From contig OZ001293.3 in NCBI GenBank assembly GCA_963921275.4, positions 6,528,001 through 6,592,000 of the forward strand: a DNA stretch of 64,000 nt, given 5' to 3'. Made by a program: the position numbers and the translations under genes. The stretch's first letter is position 1; every line of letters begins with the position of its first letter. The DNA comes from an uncultured Hormoscilla sp. (GTDB taxonomy: Bacteria > Cyanobacteriota > Cyanobacteriia > Cyanobacteriales > Desertifilaceae). Under the pieces are notes generated by a model that saw only the letters and a list, made by a program, of their open reading frames with translations, was not told where the DNA came from and made no database searches. Positions 1 to 10,815 of the stretch are shown here, in pieces.

Positions 1-81
1 AGTCGATCTTCGGGTATATGCTAGTCTTACTAAGACCAGTAGTAAAACATGAAAAATACAGTACCAGAACTAGAAGCATAG

Positions 82-366
82 TTGTTATCAGCGTCAGTTA
101 TGAGTTTACAAGCAGAAGCGTTGCGGGCCTCGCCTTGGGCTGATTTGTTTAAGCAAGAAGGTAAGCAAGAAGGCAAGCAAGAAGAAGCGTTGCGGATGCT
201 AACGATCCTACTTCAGTGCCGTTTTGGCAATGTCTCAGAATCCCTACAGGCCGCCCTGGGTTTTTTGAGTGCCGACCAATTAGAGGAATTAGCGAAACGG
301 CTTTTACAGTCCAATTCTCTGGATGAGTTTATAGCTTATCTTACTCGGGTGAGAGATAACAATTAG
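82..366 (+). pseudogene. C-terminal fragment of an Rpn-family (DUF4351-like) protein fused to a foreign N-terminus
   Basis: KQEGKQEGKQEE repeat then LLQCRFG..LSADQLEELA..L...SLDEF. The leader at 49-97 is a stop-containing copy of the 593 ORF start. Confidence 0.6.
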
Positions 367-592
367 TGATTTAGTTTGGGAGAATTTAACTTGATTACGG
401 GTTGCGAGTCTCCAGACTCGCAACCCCAAAATGCGGCTCTGACGCTGCAATGCCTGCGATCGCCCTTTGATTAAACCCTGTCAAGGATTAGCGATGGTTT
501 GTCCAGGCGGGGACTGGAGCGATCGGCAGCAAGGCACGTATTACAGCGACGAACTAATTGAAACCTTAGCAGAAAATCACGGCAGGTAAAAC

Positions 593-843
593 ATGAAAAA
601 GACAGTACCTGAACCAGAAGCAGAGTTGTTGTCAGCGTCAGAAATTCATGATGACGTAATTTCGTTACAGTCAGCTTTAGAGCAGCGAAAAGCAGAACGA
701 CAAGCTTATAATATTAGCACGTCCCCAAATACGAGAAATGCTTTCCCAAGTAATAGCCAGCGGGATATGTGCCGACGAAGAAAAAGCGATCTTGCGAGCA
801 TTGAAGACCCTAGTAACAGCAGTAACCCGGTAGCAAGTTATGA
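593..843 (+). pseudogene. Small hypothetical protein, probably frameshifted
   Basis: MKKTVPEPEAELLSASEIHDDVISLQSALEQRKAERQAYNI; helical sequence continues in another frame after ~718. Confidence 0.45.
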
Positions 844-848
844 ACAAT

Positions 849-1001
849 GGGTGCATCTCATATTTGCAAAAATATCAATGTCGTAGGTTGGGTTGAGGCA
901 CGAAACCCAACAAATATATGCTGTTAGCGAAGCGTGTGTTGCGCTTGTTGGGTTTCCTAACGTCAACCCAACCTACGAATTTCATGCATTGAGATGCGCC
1001 C
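849..1001. mobile_element. 153-bp MITE carrying two inverted GTAG-type REP-like hairpins
   Basis: TIRs GGGTGCATCTCA / TGAGATGCGCCC; 8-bp direct repeat TGAACAAT at 841-848 and 1002-1009. Confidence 0.8.
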
Positions 1002-1399
1002 TGAACAATGCTTGTATTATAAGAATAATTTACTCCGATTTGAAAAATAAATGCGACCAAATTTACAAATTATTAGTCGGTTTTCAACTGACTTGGCGCC
1101 TCGAAACCTGGCTCCCGCCTGGTAACGCGGGGGTTTGAACAAGAGGCGGTCTGACTACTACAAGGGTTTTCTGCCTGTCAGCCAATAGGTGGTCATTTCA
1201 CCCTTGCCCTTGACCGCGATCGCCCTGGTGAATGGTTCGGTGGGTGCTATACTATGGTTACAGGCGGGGACCGGAGTCGGAGACCATTATCTGGGCCCAA
1301 AACTTGCTTACCCGACTATACTAGAGATAGGGGGTATGGGGCTATGTCCACCTCCCGAACCGATAATCTGCACATGTACTACAAATTACGGCAGGTCTT

Positions 1400-1669
1400 A
1401 TGACTACAGGAATAGATAGCATCGAGTCAAAGTCAAATCAGTCCATTAGTAATCTGACAGTAGCTGAGTTAGAAACAATAATTGTCGAAATCGTCAGGAA
1501 AACTATCCGAGAGGAAAGAAGCAACAGGGAAAGCGGAAGCGCGACAGAAGAGCCACCATCAGCATTGTTATCAACTTTTGGAAGTTGGGAAGACACGCGC
1601 ACTCCCGAAGAGATAATTGCGGAAATATATGCCAGTCGTACTATTAGCAGTGGTGAAAACAACCCGTGA
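1400..1669 (+). CDS. Putative antitoxin of a VapBC-type pair
   Basis: 89 aa with FGSWEDTRTPEEIIAEIYASR tail; stop overlaps a GTG-started MKYLLDT PIN start at 1666. Confidence 0.6.
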   Translation: MTTGIDSIESKSNQSISNLTVAELETIIVEIVRKTIREERSNRESGSATEEPPSALLSTFGSWEDTRTPEEIIAEIYASRTISSGENNP

Positions 1670-1686
1670 AATATTTACTCGATACC
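1666..1686 (+). pseudogene. PIN/VapC toxin stub of 7 codons
   Basis: GTG AAA TAT TTA CTC GAT ACC = MKYLLDT, then an abrupt switch to minus-strand cyclase DNA. Confidence 0.55.
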
Positions 1687-2470
1687 GCCGGGCCAGTGTT
1701 GATGCCAATTCTAATTTGGAACCTATCTCCCCTATCTGTTTGGAAGCTATTAATACAGTCTTGCATATCCAGAGCCATTTGGGCGATCGCCTCAGCATGG
1801 TCTGTTCTGGGGACAGGCAGTCCTGCTGCTACCATATAAGTATCGCCAAATAGTTTTAATCTTCTCCAAAACGTGCTTTTCAGTCAACTGGTCAAACTGA
1901 GAAAAAATTTGATTTAGTAAACTCACCAACTCCAAGGGAGAAACTCTAGCACTCAGTAAGGCCAACAAACAAACATAACCGTAGCTCCTTCAAAACCTTC
2001 GGCCAGACAACCTTCCGTGACCTTCAGGCGATCGGCGATCGGGGCTAGTAAAATATTCAGTAACAGGCGATCGGACTGTTCGTACTCGGCATCTTCCTTA
2101 GCTGTTTGCAGAGCTTTTGTCCGTTGTGCGACGCGCAGTTCTAACTCAGCGTTGGTCTTTTCCAGTGCTTCAAATGACTCTTGCAACTGCTGTGGATAGG
2201 ATTGGGGTTAAAAGAGGAAGCCAAAACCCCCAGTTCATCTACTGACCTCGACTTTTTCAAATAAATCCCCGCGAGCAAACTCCGGAATGCCGTGCTAAGG
2301 CTTTACTAGCAGTAGAAAGGCGCATAATCGGTTTAGTAATCCAGCGAGAGGTGACAAGACCCAACAAAGTAGCCACCACGAGACAAAGTAAAATAGTAGT
2401 GCGGGTATTGGCGTTTATCCGTTCCATAAAGTCCGCTTCAGTAACCACCACTACAATCTTCCCGAACGGC
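1687..2470 (-). pseudogene. Fragmented HAMP-linked class III adenylate/guanylate cyclase
   Basis: Pieces SRWITKPIMRLS, LLLNIL..PIADRLK..ATVMF and MVAAGLP..DHAEAIAQMALDM..RIGINTGP in different frames. Confidence 0.8.
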
Positions 2471-2475
2471 GGGTA

Positions 2476-2600
2476 TTGTTTCATAACATTAGCTGGCAAG
2501 TATCTGAGAAAATATTATCTGGTCTGGGAGATGATCCTTCTGCCAGATTAACATACGATCGAGGGACTTTGGAGATTGCTAGGCCGTCAGAAGCACGTGA
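2476..2600 (+). pseudogene. Uma2-family endonuclease N-terminal fragment
   Basis: FHNISWQ..EKIL..LGD...RLTYDRGTLEI motif, truncated. Confidence 0.6.
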
Positions 2601-2858
2601 AAGTGTAGTGTCAGTCTACAGTTACCAGTTACCAGTGCTTTTCCTCTCGTTCCCAGGTTCTACCTGGGAATGATTATCTGGAGGCAGAGCCTCTTATCTT
2701 GGCATTCGACCGATTTTTCCGGTGTGCTGAGTCAAGTCGGGAATATCTTTAATAAAATGGGATTATGATAGACCCTCGCCCGTTCCAGTGCAGCAGTTTT
2801 CTGTTAATATTTTCAAGATATACTCGAATTGGTAAAAAATCAAAGGAAAGGAATAGAA

Positions 2859-4523
2859 ATGACAAATGCTGGCGTGATTGGCACGGTAAAAGGACCTGGG
2901 GAGAATGGCAATCAATATGTTTTCATCACTACGAATAATCGTCAAGTTAAAATTGGCGAGTTCGTGTATTACTCGGTGTTGATATTACAGCAGGAACGGC
3001 AAATTCTGGGTAAAATATCGGCATTGCGTCTGATAGACCACCTGCCAGACCGGATTTTTGCCGACCCACAAATTAGTCCAGAGGCGATCGCGGCTCTAGT
3101 TGGTTTCACCCACGAGAACCCGGAACTTTATGAAGTTACGGTTGATGTCATTGGCTATTTTGACGAAGCTTTGGGCTTTGTCAACCCGCGACAAACGCCG
3201 GATCCGGGTGCTAAGGTAACCCTTGCTAGTGATGAAAATCTGCGGCAAGTTCTCAACCGCAAAAGCTTGGGCGAGATTGGTAGCGCTCATATTGGTTCGG
3301 TATTGCTACGGGAAGGAGATGCGGTGCCCGTGGTGCTGGATGTGAAGGAATTGGTCAGTACCCATCTGGCAATTCTAGCAGGTACGGGTTCTGGGAAATC
3401 TTACACGGCGGGGGTATTGATGGAGGAATTAATGTCCCCGCGCAACCGGGCGGCGGTGCTGATTTTTGACCCTCACGGGGAGTACGGTACTCTCGAAGAA
3501 ATGCGCGGTCATCCAGGGTTTGTGGGGTCCGATGGTTATGCACCGAGGGTGAAAGTTCTGATGCCGGATGACGTGCGCATCCGCATGTCTTCCCTGGATT
3601 ATTATGATATTTTGACTCTGTTGCCCACTATGAGCGATCGGCAGCAATCGATCCTGCATAAAGCCTATGGTATCCTGAATCTACACAAGAAATCCGAATA
3701 CCGCTGGGACATCCAAGATTTGATTGCTGCTGTCCATGAGGCCGATCGGCAATTTGATGACGAAGGTAATGAAAAAATGGGCTCTTCCGCACCGGCATTG
3801 GAGTGGAAGTTGGAAAAGTTGGAACGATCGTCCCATTTCCATGCCTACGAACACCTGGCACCCAAAGACTTGTTTCAACCAGGACAAATCACGGTCTTGC
3901 AAATGAATGAAATCTCTCAGGAAGAACAGCAGGTAATTTGTGCGGCGATTTTGCGTCAGGGGTATCAAGCGCGGATGAATACTCAGAAAGAAAAAATTAC
4001 CCCCGAATCAGAGAATTATCTGCCCTTTCCTGTCTTTATTCTCCTGGAAGAAGCACATAGATTTGCCCCCGCCCACGACCCTTCCCGTTGTAAAGCTGTC
4101 CTGCGGACTATTCTCAGCGAAGGTCGCAAATTTGGCTTGGGGGTTGGTCTGATTACTCAACGTCCTGGTAAATTAGATTCTGATGTACTTTCTCAATGCA
4201 TGAGTCAGTTCCTGATGCGCATAGTTAACCCTGTCGATCAGGAAAGTCTCAAGCATGGAGTGGAAGCAGCGGGACGGGACTTGCTGAAAGAATTACCTTC
4301 CCTGACTAAGGGTCAAGTTATTATTTCTGGTGCTTGCGTTAATACTCCTGTTTTATGTCGGGTCCGCCAACGTCTCACTCGTCATGGTGGCGAGACTTTG
4401 GATGCCCCGGGTATGTGGCAGACTTATTTTCAAGAGCATCTTGTTCGCGATCGGGCGGCAGCAGAAGCACCTTTAGCCAGTCGGCAGCGTCCTCAGAAGT
4501 TTCGTGGCGTTAGCATTGAGTAA
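2859..4523 (+). CDS. HerA/DUF87-family ATPase
   Basis: Walker A AGTGSGKS, IFDPHGEY, Walker B ILLEEAH, EGRKFG, TQRP; ATG at 2859 follows AGGAAAGG. Confidence 0.9.
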   Translation: MTNAGVIGTVKGPGENGNQYVFITTNNRQVKIGEFVYYSVLILQQERQILGKISALRLIDHLPDRIFADPQISPEAIAALVGFTHENPELYEVTVDVIGYFDEALGFVNPRQTPDPGAKVTLASDENLRQVLNRKSLGEIGSAHIGSVLLREGDAVPVVLDVKELVSTHLAILAGTGSGKSYTAGVLMEELMSPRNRAAVLIFDPHGEYGTLEEMRGHPGFVGSDGYAPRVKVLMPDDVRIRMSSLDYYDILTLLPTMSDRQQSILHKAYGILNLHKKSEYRWDIQDLIAAVHEADRQFDDEGNEKMGSSAPALEWKLEKLERSSHFHAYEHLAPKDLFQPGQITVLQMNEISQEEQQVICAAILRQGYQARMNTQKEKITPESENYLPFPVFILLEEAHRFAPAHDPSRCKAVLRTILSEGRKFGLGVGLITQRPGKLDSDVLSQCMSQFLMRIVNPVDQESLKHGVEAAGRDLLKELPSLTKGQVIISGACVNTPVLCRVRQRLTRHGGETLDAPGMWQTYFQEHLVRDRAAAEAPLASRQRPQKFRGVSIE

Positions 4524-4597
4524 AGTAGTCATGCTATACTTTTGATATCAGAATCGGACTACCGGTAGCGGATGGTGGGCACCGCCCACCCTACGGC
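4447..4597 (+). repeat. ~150-bp diverged direct repeat, copy 1 (herA 3' end plus downstream DNA)
   Basis: Aligns with 6271-6423; both start at GCGATCGG. Confidence 0.85.
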
Positions 4598-4717
4598 TTT
4601 GCGATCGCATGGTGATACCGGATGGTGGGCGATGCCCACTATTGCCGATCGACAGAATCTATGATATATTGAGAGAACAGGCATCGTACAACTTAACACT
4701 TTTTGGTATAGTTGATT

Positions 4718-4990
4718 ATGAACATCACCCTCCAACCAGAACAGGAAAAGTTTGTCCAGTCACAGCTCACAACAGGTAAGTATAAGACGGTAGATGACAT
4801 CATAGCTGAAGCCCTGAGATTGCTGGAAGCAAGAAATCATCAAACACAACTGCTGACAGAAATACATCCCGTGTCTCCTGGGAGCGCTAATCGCACTACC
4901 CAGGAGACACGGCAGCGGCATTGGAAGCCGCCCCATACAGTGCCTGATAGCGTCACATTGCTAAGGAAAATGAGAGGGTACGATGATTAA
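4718..4990 (+). CDS. ParD-like ribbon-helix-helix antitoxin
   Basis: MNITLQPEQEKFVQSQLTTGKYKTVDDIIAEALRLLE; overlaps the downstream PIN gene. Confidence 0.7.
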   Translation: MNITLQPEQEKFVQSQLTTGKYKTVDDIIAEALRLLEARNHQTQLLTEIHPVSPGSANRTTQETRQRHWKPPHTVPDSVTLLRKMRGYDD

Positions 4991-5441
4991 TATTCCTGTT
5001 TTTGAGTGCGTTTTGGATGCTAATGTTGCTATCAAGCTCTATATAAATTAGCCTTTGTCAGATAAGGCGATCGCATTAATATACCTGCTGCAAGCAGACA
5101 AACCTGCCAAATTTTACGTCCCATTATTATTCTATGCCGAATGCGCAAACGTTCTGTGGCAGTATGTTCGCCTGGCGTCATATACTGCTTCTGAAGCTAG
5201 ACAGAGCTTAGAAAACCTCAAGCAACTGGAATTGGAGGTTGTCGATACTTTCATTTTGACAACAGAGGCTTTGGAAATTGCCATGACACATGGAATAACG
5301 GTTTATGATGCTTGCTACGTGGAGCTAGCTAACCGTTTAAGCATACCTTTAGTCACTGCGGATAAAAAACTTGTGAATGCTCTAGCATCTACCTCCTATC
5401 CTATTCAGTCCCTAGAAACCCTCGTTATTCCAGCAAGTTAG
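4983..5441 (+). pseudogene. PIN-domain (VapC-like) toxin with nonsense codon
   Basis: VLDANVAIK..ECANVLW..TVYDACYVELA..LVTADKKL; in-frame TAG at 5049-5051. Confidence 0.8.
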
Positions 5442-5613
5442 TAGGCGATCGCTTGACTTCGTTTATCGTCCATCGTCTGCAGCACTAGCTACCAGAGTCA
5501 GGGAACAAGGTAAATTTCCCGAAACCGGTTTCTTGTTTGTGAGGAAAAATGGGGCGATCGCGCGTATCTGAAAAGGGGCGAGCGCATTTTTACCGATGCG
5601 CTCGCAGCATCTT

Positions 5614-5808
5614 TTAGGATACCTGTCTTAAACGTCGCAAACGTTGCAAACGCTGTTCGCGAATATTTCGTTCCAACTGGTCGATAACCTCTTGCAACTC
5701 CAAACCTGCCAACTCCATTTCCAGACAAGCGCGATGGGCCTTAGCGATCGTCTGTTTCACCTTTTCGGGGTCAGGCATTTGTTGTATTTCGCTCATAGTA
5801 AATTCCAA
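5614..5808 (-). CDS. Small helical hypothetical protein
   Basis: Overlaps the 5793-6137 stop; coiled-coil-like composition. Confidence 0.5.
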   Translation of the reverse strand: MEFTMSEIQQMPDPEKVKQTIAKAHRACLEMELAGLELQEVIDQLERNIREQRLQRLRRLRQVS

Positions 5809-6137
5809 TCAATTTTAATTTCTTCGATACTCCGTGCCAAGGCCGGTATCCGGTTAGCAATAGTATCAATCCTCTCATCCAACAATCTTAGCAGATCCCG
5901 ATTAGCAACCGGCTGAGATTCTGCAACCCTAATCAGCAGAGTAGATAGTTGGGAAAAACGCGCTGTCGCTTGCGCTGTAATCTCGGTGAGTTGATCCAAA
6001 GCTACGATCGTCCTATCCGTTTCTCCAAAACGCTCCAATAAATTGTACTCTGCTGCCTTGGCTTCGTCTACAATCTCTAACAATCTTTGTGTTAATTCCC
6101 AAATTATCGCCTGAATCTCAGGGGCTATTTTAGCCAT
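5793..6137 (-). CDS. Helical hypothetical protein
   Basis: 114-aa clean ORF with ATG start. Confidence 0.6.
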   Translation of the reverse strand: MAKIAPEIQAIIWELTQRLLEIVDEAKAAEYNLLERFGETDRTIVALDQLTEITAQATARFSQLSTLLIRVAESQPVANRDLLRLLDERIDTIANRIPALARSIEEIKIDWNLL

Positions 6138-6270
6138 GCTTTTTTATTTGAGATGTTACTTTACTCATTATATATCAATTTTCACAGTCCGTCAAATACT
6201 AGTGTAGATAGCAGCCAATAGAGAAATTTGCATTTAAATGGTAGTATAGTACGAGCGTGGGTATCCGAGG

Positions 6271-6423
6271 GCGATCGGGCCGCAGCAGAAGCACCTTTAG
6301 CTAGTCGGCAGCGTAGTTCGGAAGTTTCGTGGTGTTAGCATTGAGTAAAGCAGTCATGCTATACTTTTTATATCAGAATACTACTACCGGTAGTGGATGG
6401 TGGGCGCGGCCCACCCTAGGGCC
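6271..6423 (+). repeat. Direct repeat copy 2 of the herA 3' end
   Basis: Aligns with 4447-4597. Confidence 0.85.
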
Positions 6424-6440
6424 TTCTGACTGGTATAATA

Positions 6441-7859
6441 TTGATAGATGACCAATGGAAGTTGAAGCCAATGTCCCAAGCAAAAGTACCACCACTACCA
6501 TCTCATTACGTCTCACGCCCTTCTGTCATTAGCTCCCTCAAGGAAAGTCTATTTTCACCAAGCCAAACAGGTGTTTTGGTCGTCAGTACCATTTACGGTT
6601 TGGGGGGGATAGGTAAATCGACAGTTGCGGCGGCCCTAGCTCATGACCCGGAGGTTTTGTCCCATTTCCCCGATGGAGTTTTATGGGCAACTTTAGGTCA
6701 GCAGCCGGACTTGCTCTCGTTTCTGAGTAGTTGGATCCAGGCTTTGGGAGATTATGATTACAAGCCAACTACCCCATCTGCGGCTTCCATGCATTTGCGG
6801 ACTTTGCTTGCTGACAAGGCGGCTTTGCTGGTGGTAGATGATGTTTGGGATGCTTCTCATTTTGAGTTCTTTAGAGTCGGAAGTGCTGGGTGTAGAGTAT
6901 TAGTTACCACGAGATCCGCACCTATTCAGGCGGCGAGTCCCATAGACTTGGATGTGATGGAACCTCACCGTGTGAGTTGTTGAGGCGATCGCTTGGCGGG
7001 GTGTTGAAGGAGGCGGACGAACAGCTAGCCTTGACTTTGGCCGAAAAAGTTGGCTATTTACCTTTGGCCTTGTCCTTAGCAGCAGCGCATGTGGGCATCA
7101 GGAGTCTCTTGGAATCAGTTACTAGCCGATCTAACTCGGGAAGTTGCGGCTTTGGAGACATTAGATTTATCAACCGATACAAGGGAACGTGAAGAGGTTC
7201 GTAAAGGCTATAGTTTGCTAGCATCATTGAACCTCAGCTTGCGCCAACTTTTATCTGGCAGGACTTTAGCAGACGGGACGCCTACCTACCGCTTTCACGA
7301 TCTGCTACATGATATGGCGCGTCGCTTGTTGACTTCGACAGCGCCAGAGAGCAAAGATATGTTACCAGGTTTGGGTTTGACCCTGCCAGTCGCTCACGCT
7401 CAGTTGCTCGATCGCTATTGGGTCAAAACTGAAAATGGTTTGTGACATACGCTCCCCGATGATGGCTATATTCACGCTCATCTAAGTTGGCATTTAGTGC
7501 AGGTCGATCGGGTTGAAAAACTGCATCAACTTTTGCAAGAGGAAACGGAGACCGGACGAAATGCTTGGTATGAAGCGTGCGATCGCCTGGGGCAGTTAAC
7601 AGTTTTCGTATCGGACGTGGCGAGGGCTTGGCAGCAAGCAGATGCAGCTTTTGAGTCGAGTCCCAGTCGGGCGCTCGCTCTGCAATGTCGCTACGCACTG
7701 ATAATGAGTTCTCTCAATAGTTTGGCAGGCAATATTCCTGGCGAACTAATGGCGGCCTTGGTGGATAAAGGGGTGTGGACTCCAGCTCAGAGACTGGCTT
7801 ACGCGCGGCAAATTCAAGATCCCGAAGTCTCTTCCAGAAATAGCTCGTGCCATTATTGA
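6441..7859 (+). pseudogene. NB-ARC (STAND) NTPase, frameshifted and truncated
   Basis: GLGGIGKS, LLVVDDVW, VLVTTR, GYLPLAL, FHDLLHD spread over four ORF pieces. Confidence 0.85.
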
Positions 7860-8079
7860 TGTGGGGCGGCAGTGGCCCTGAAGGAAATGCCCCCTTGACA
7901 GTCGGCGCGATCGCGCCTGTGGGGATAGGTGCGATATCGGGGGGCTGACTCCTTGGGGCGGTGAAACCGGGTTTCAATGCTCTTATTCGGCGATCCTGCC
8001 AATATTGTCGTAGAAACCCGGTTTCTTTGTTGGGGAGCGAGGAGAAATGGGGCTCACGGGGAATGGGTGCGATCGCCTT

Positions 8080-8928
8080 TTAGAGGGACTGTGATGATTT
8101 TTCTAGTTCAGTTACCTGCCGAACCTGGTTCAACTCTAATTTCAAGAGTTCAGCTACCTCCTCGAAAGTAAAACCTCGGTCTAGCATCACTGGCACCACT
8201 TCTAACTTACCTTTTAAGCGGCCAAGTTGTTCCCCTTCTTGCCGGCCTTCTTGGCGACCTTCTTGGCGACCTTCTGCCAATAATTCTTTTCCCAACTTTG
8301 TCTCTTTGATGTCTTCTAATCCTAACATGGCTTGCAACTCCTCTCGACTTCGATCTGCAAACTTGTACACAACGATCGTTTCAATCAATTCTAGCATCTT
8401 TTCGATCTGTTCGTCATCCGTCGATTCTGATCGTGCTTGAGCAATTAGCTGTTTGGCAAGGGATACGGCATTTTTTTCCTTTTCGACGATGAGCTTGACT
8501 AGGCCAATACCCAGAGTCTGTGAAGCTGCTGGGTCGATTTCATCTAGGTAGATCCGCAGGACTTTACCGGAATTTAACAACCATTCATATGATTCCGCGT
8601 TCTCCGGTTCTAAACTGCGCCGTTCATATATTACTACTCCAAGCCAATTCTGTCCCGCATCATTTTGCTCTAGGTACGTGCTTACCTTCCTCAAAAGATT
8701 CGGGTAGATGTTGGTATTTTTGTAGCTTTGCACCTCAATGAAATAAATTGGTTCTTTGATATCTTTCGCTACCCGCAGCATGACTCCATCCAACCTCAAT
8801 GCCGTCTCTTTTAGCTCGATCGCCTTAAACTCATAGGCCCGAACATCTACCTGGCTTTTTCCGATCAGTCGAAAAAAGATGTCCGGAAACTCCTGAAATA
8901 CTTCATAATATAATTTATCCGTTTTCAT
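8080..8928 (-). CDS. Rpn-family PD-(D/E)XK nuclease (DUF2887-like)
   Basis: MKTDKLYY..F, ELKETALRLDG, IYFIEVQ, EGRQ repeats. Confidence 0.85.
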   Translation of the reverse strand: MKTDKLYYEVFQEFPDIFFRLIGKSQVDVRAYEFKAIELKETALRLDGVMLRVAKDIKEPIYFIEVQSYKNTNIYPNLLRKVSTYLEQNDAGQNWLGVVIYERRSLEPENAESYEWLLNSGKVLRIYLDEIDPAASQTLGIGLVKLIVEKEKNAVSLAKQLIAQARSESTDDEQIEKMLELIETIVVYKFADRSREELQAMLGLEDIKETKLGKELLAEGRQEGRQEGRQEGEQLGRLKGKLEVVPVMLDRGFTFEEVAELLKLELNQVRQVTELEKSSQSL

Positions 8929-9197
8929 ATCCCGACGGCAATCACAACTATTTTATTATAACAGATAATTCTCTAATCTGACAACCTTTTTAGTTTAATT
9001 TCTACCGGTTGATAGCAGACAATGGGTGCATCTCACTTGACAGTCGGCGCGATCGGGGGGCTGAGGAGTTGGGGCGGTGAAACCGGGCTTCCTCTGCAAT
9101 ATATCGGTTAGGATGCCAATATTGTCGCCCCAAACCCGGTTTCTTGTTGGCGGGGATAAATGGGGCGATCGGGCTTTTCGACCAAGGTGCGATCGCC

Positions 9198-9595
9198 TTA
9201 GAGGGACTGTGATGGTTTTTCTGGTTCAGTTACCTGCCGAACCTGGTCCAACTCTAATTTCAAGAGTTCAGCTACCTCCTCGAAAGTAAAACCTCGGCCT
9301 AGCATCACTGGCACCACTTCTAACTTACCTTTTAAGCGGCCAAGTTCTTCCCCTTCTTGCCGACCTTTTTGCCAACTTTCTGCCAACAATTCTCTTCCCA
9401 ACTTTGTCTCTTTTATGTCTTCTAGTCCTAACATGGCTTGCAACTCCTCTCGACTTTTATCTGCAAACTTGTACACAACGATCATTTCAATCAATTCTAG
9501 CATTTTTGATGTCTGTTTGTCATCCGTCGATTTTGACCGCGCTTGAGCGATTAGCTGTTTGGCAAGGGATACAGCATTTTTTCCTTTTCGACGAT
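9198..9595 (-). pseudogene. Duplicated 3' part of the Rpn gene; possible 78-aa protein from ATG 9434
   Basis: 9036-9595 aligns with 7894-8490; GAGGAG precedes ATG 9434. Confidence 0.75.
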
Positions 9596-9915
9596 TCCTA
9601 ATATTGGGGGCATAACTTTTCCTAATCAGGGTATCAAGCAGTCAGCAATTATATCTGGAGTAGTGGCGCCAACTGTGGGGTTGCTAGCTGGGGGAGTTGC
9701 GGGACTGTCGCGGGGATATTTTAGCAGTGGGAGTCATGGTTGGTTGGCGGGGTTAGTGGCGGGACTGGTAAGTTGGTTGGCGATCGCCTTTTATCCAGGT
9801 TTAGCTTGTATACAACATTTGATGCTGCGGTTATTGCTATATCGGAGTGGAGCAATACCCTGGAATTATGGGCGCTTTCTCAATTATGCTACAAGCAGAT
9901 TGCTGTTGCAACGAT
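9596..9915 (+). pseudogene. C-terminal membrane fragment of a NACHT-type NTPase
   Basis: IQHLMLRLLLYRSGAIPWNYGRFLNYATSRLLLQR after Gly/Leu-rich segments. Confidence 0.65.
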
Positions 9916-10329
9916 GGTATCTCCAGCATTACCACCCGTTCCACTGCTGCCGCCATCGCCACCAATGCCGCTATTATCCTGGAAAGTGCTATCGGTCACA
10001 GTGACCGTCCCGTCAAAGACAAACAGGGCACCACCCATGCCTGCTGCCCCGCCGCCGCCATCGCCTCCCTGGGCCCGGCCGTTGAGAAAGGTCAGTTCAT
10101 CGAAATTGACTGTACCGCTGAGGACAAAGAACAGCCAGTGTCGGTCGTTTCCACTAATGGTGTTGTTGTTCCCTGAAATCGTGAGTTAAACGTCTTCTTC
10201 AATAAGGGGTAGCAGCCCGGTCAGGGTAATATCTCCCGTGATGTTAATGGTGTCTGCCTGACCGTTACTCGCGGAAGTGGTAATGGCGTTGGATAGTTCT
10301 GCTGGTGTGTCCACGTCAAATGTCGCCAT
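9916..10329 (-). pseudogene. N-terminal fragment of a large glycine-rich secreted/surface protein
   Basis: Read manually: MATFDVDTPAELSNAITTSASNGQADTINITGDITL..*..AQGGDGGGGAAGMGGALFV; internal stop. Confidence 0.6.
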
Positions 10330-10521
10330 AATTTTTCCTGATGTAAGGGATGAACTTTTTTAGGGGTTGGTCACCGGCGATCTTGAGGGTGGTAGCCCTC
10401 TTCTGTACAAGAATAGCATTTTCTGCTTCGACTACAATCATTAAAACATATTTTACGGAAATTATCATAAATAATTTTTTTGCTACTATCTCATACCCCA
10501 GCAGGTTTTTGGAGATGCTGG

Positions 10522-10744
10522 AACTCTCAACCGAGAGGTTTCAAACCTCAACCGAGAGGTTTCAGACCCCAACCGAGAGGTTTCAGACCCCAACCGAGAG
10601 GTTTCAAACCTCAACCGAGAGGTTTCAAACCCCAACCGAGAGGTTTCAAACCCCAACCGAGAGGTTTTAAACCCCAACCGAGAGGTTTCAAACCCCAACC
10701 GAGAGGTTTCAAACCCCAACCGAGAGGTTTCAAACCCCAACCGA
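10522..10744. repeat. 21-bp tandem repeat (AAACCCCAACCGAGAGGTTTC), 10 full units plus a partial
   Basis: Contiguous units, no spacers. Confidence 0.95.
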
Positions 10745-10815
10745 TTGGCACCGGTTAGCAGCTAGTATGGTGCCGGTTGAGGTAAAAGTACCCTGCCTTT
10801 TGTACGTGGGATGGT

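Noticed and set aside
10522..10744. CRISPR array (GTTTCAAACCC resembles a repeat start)
   Set aside because: Units are contiguous with no spacers, and there are no cas genes.
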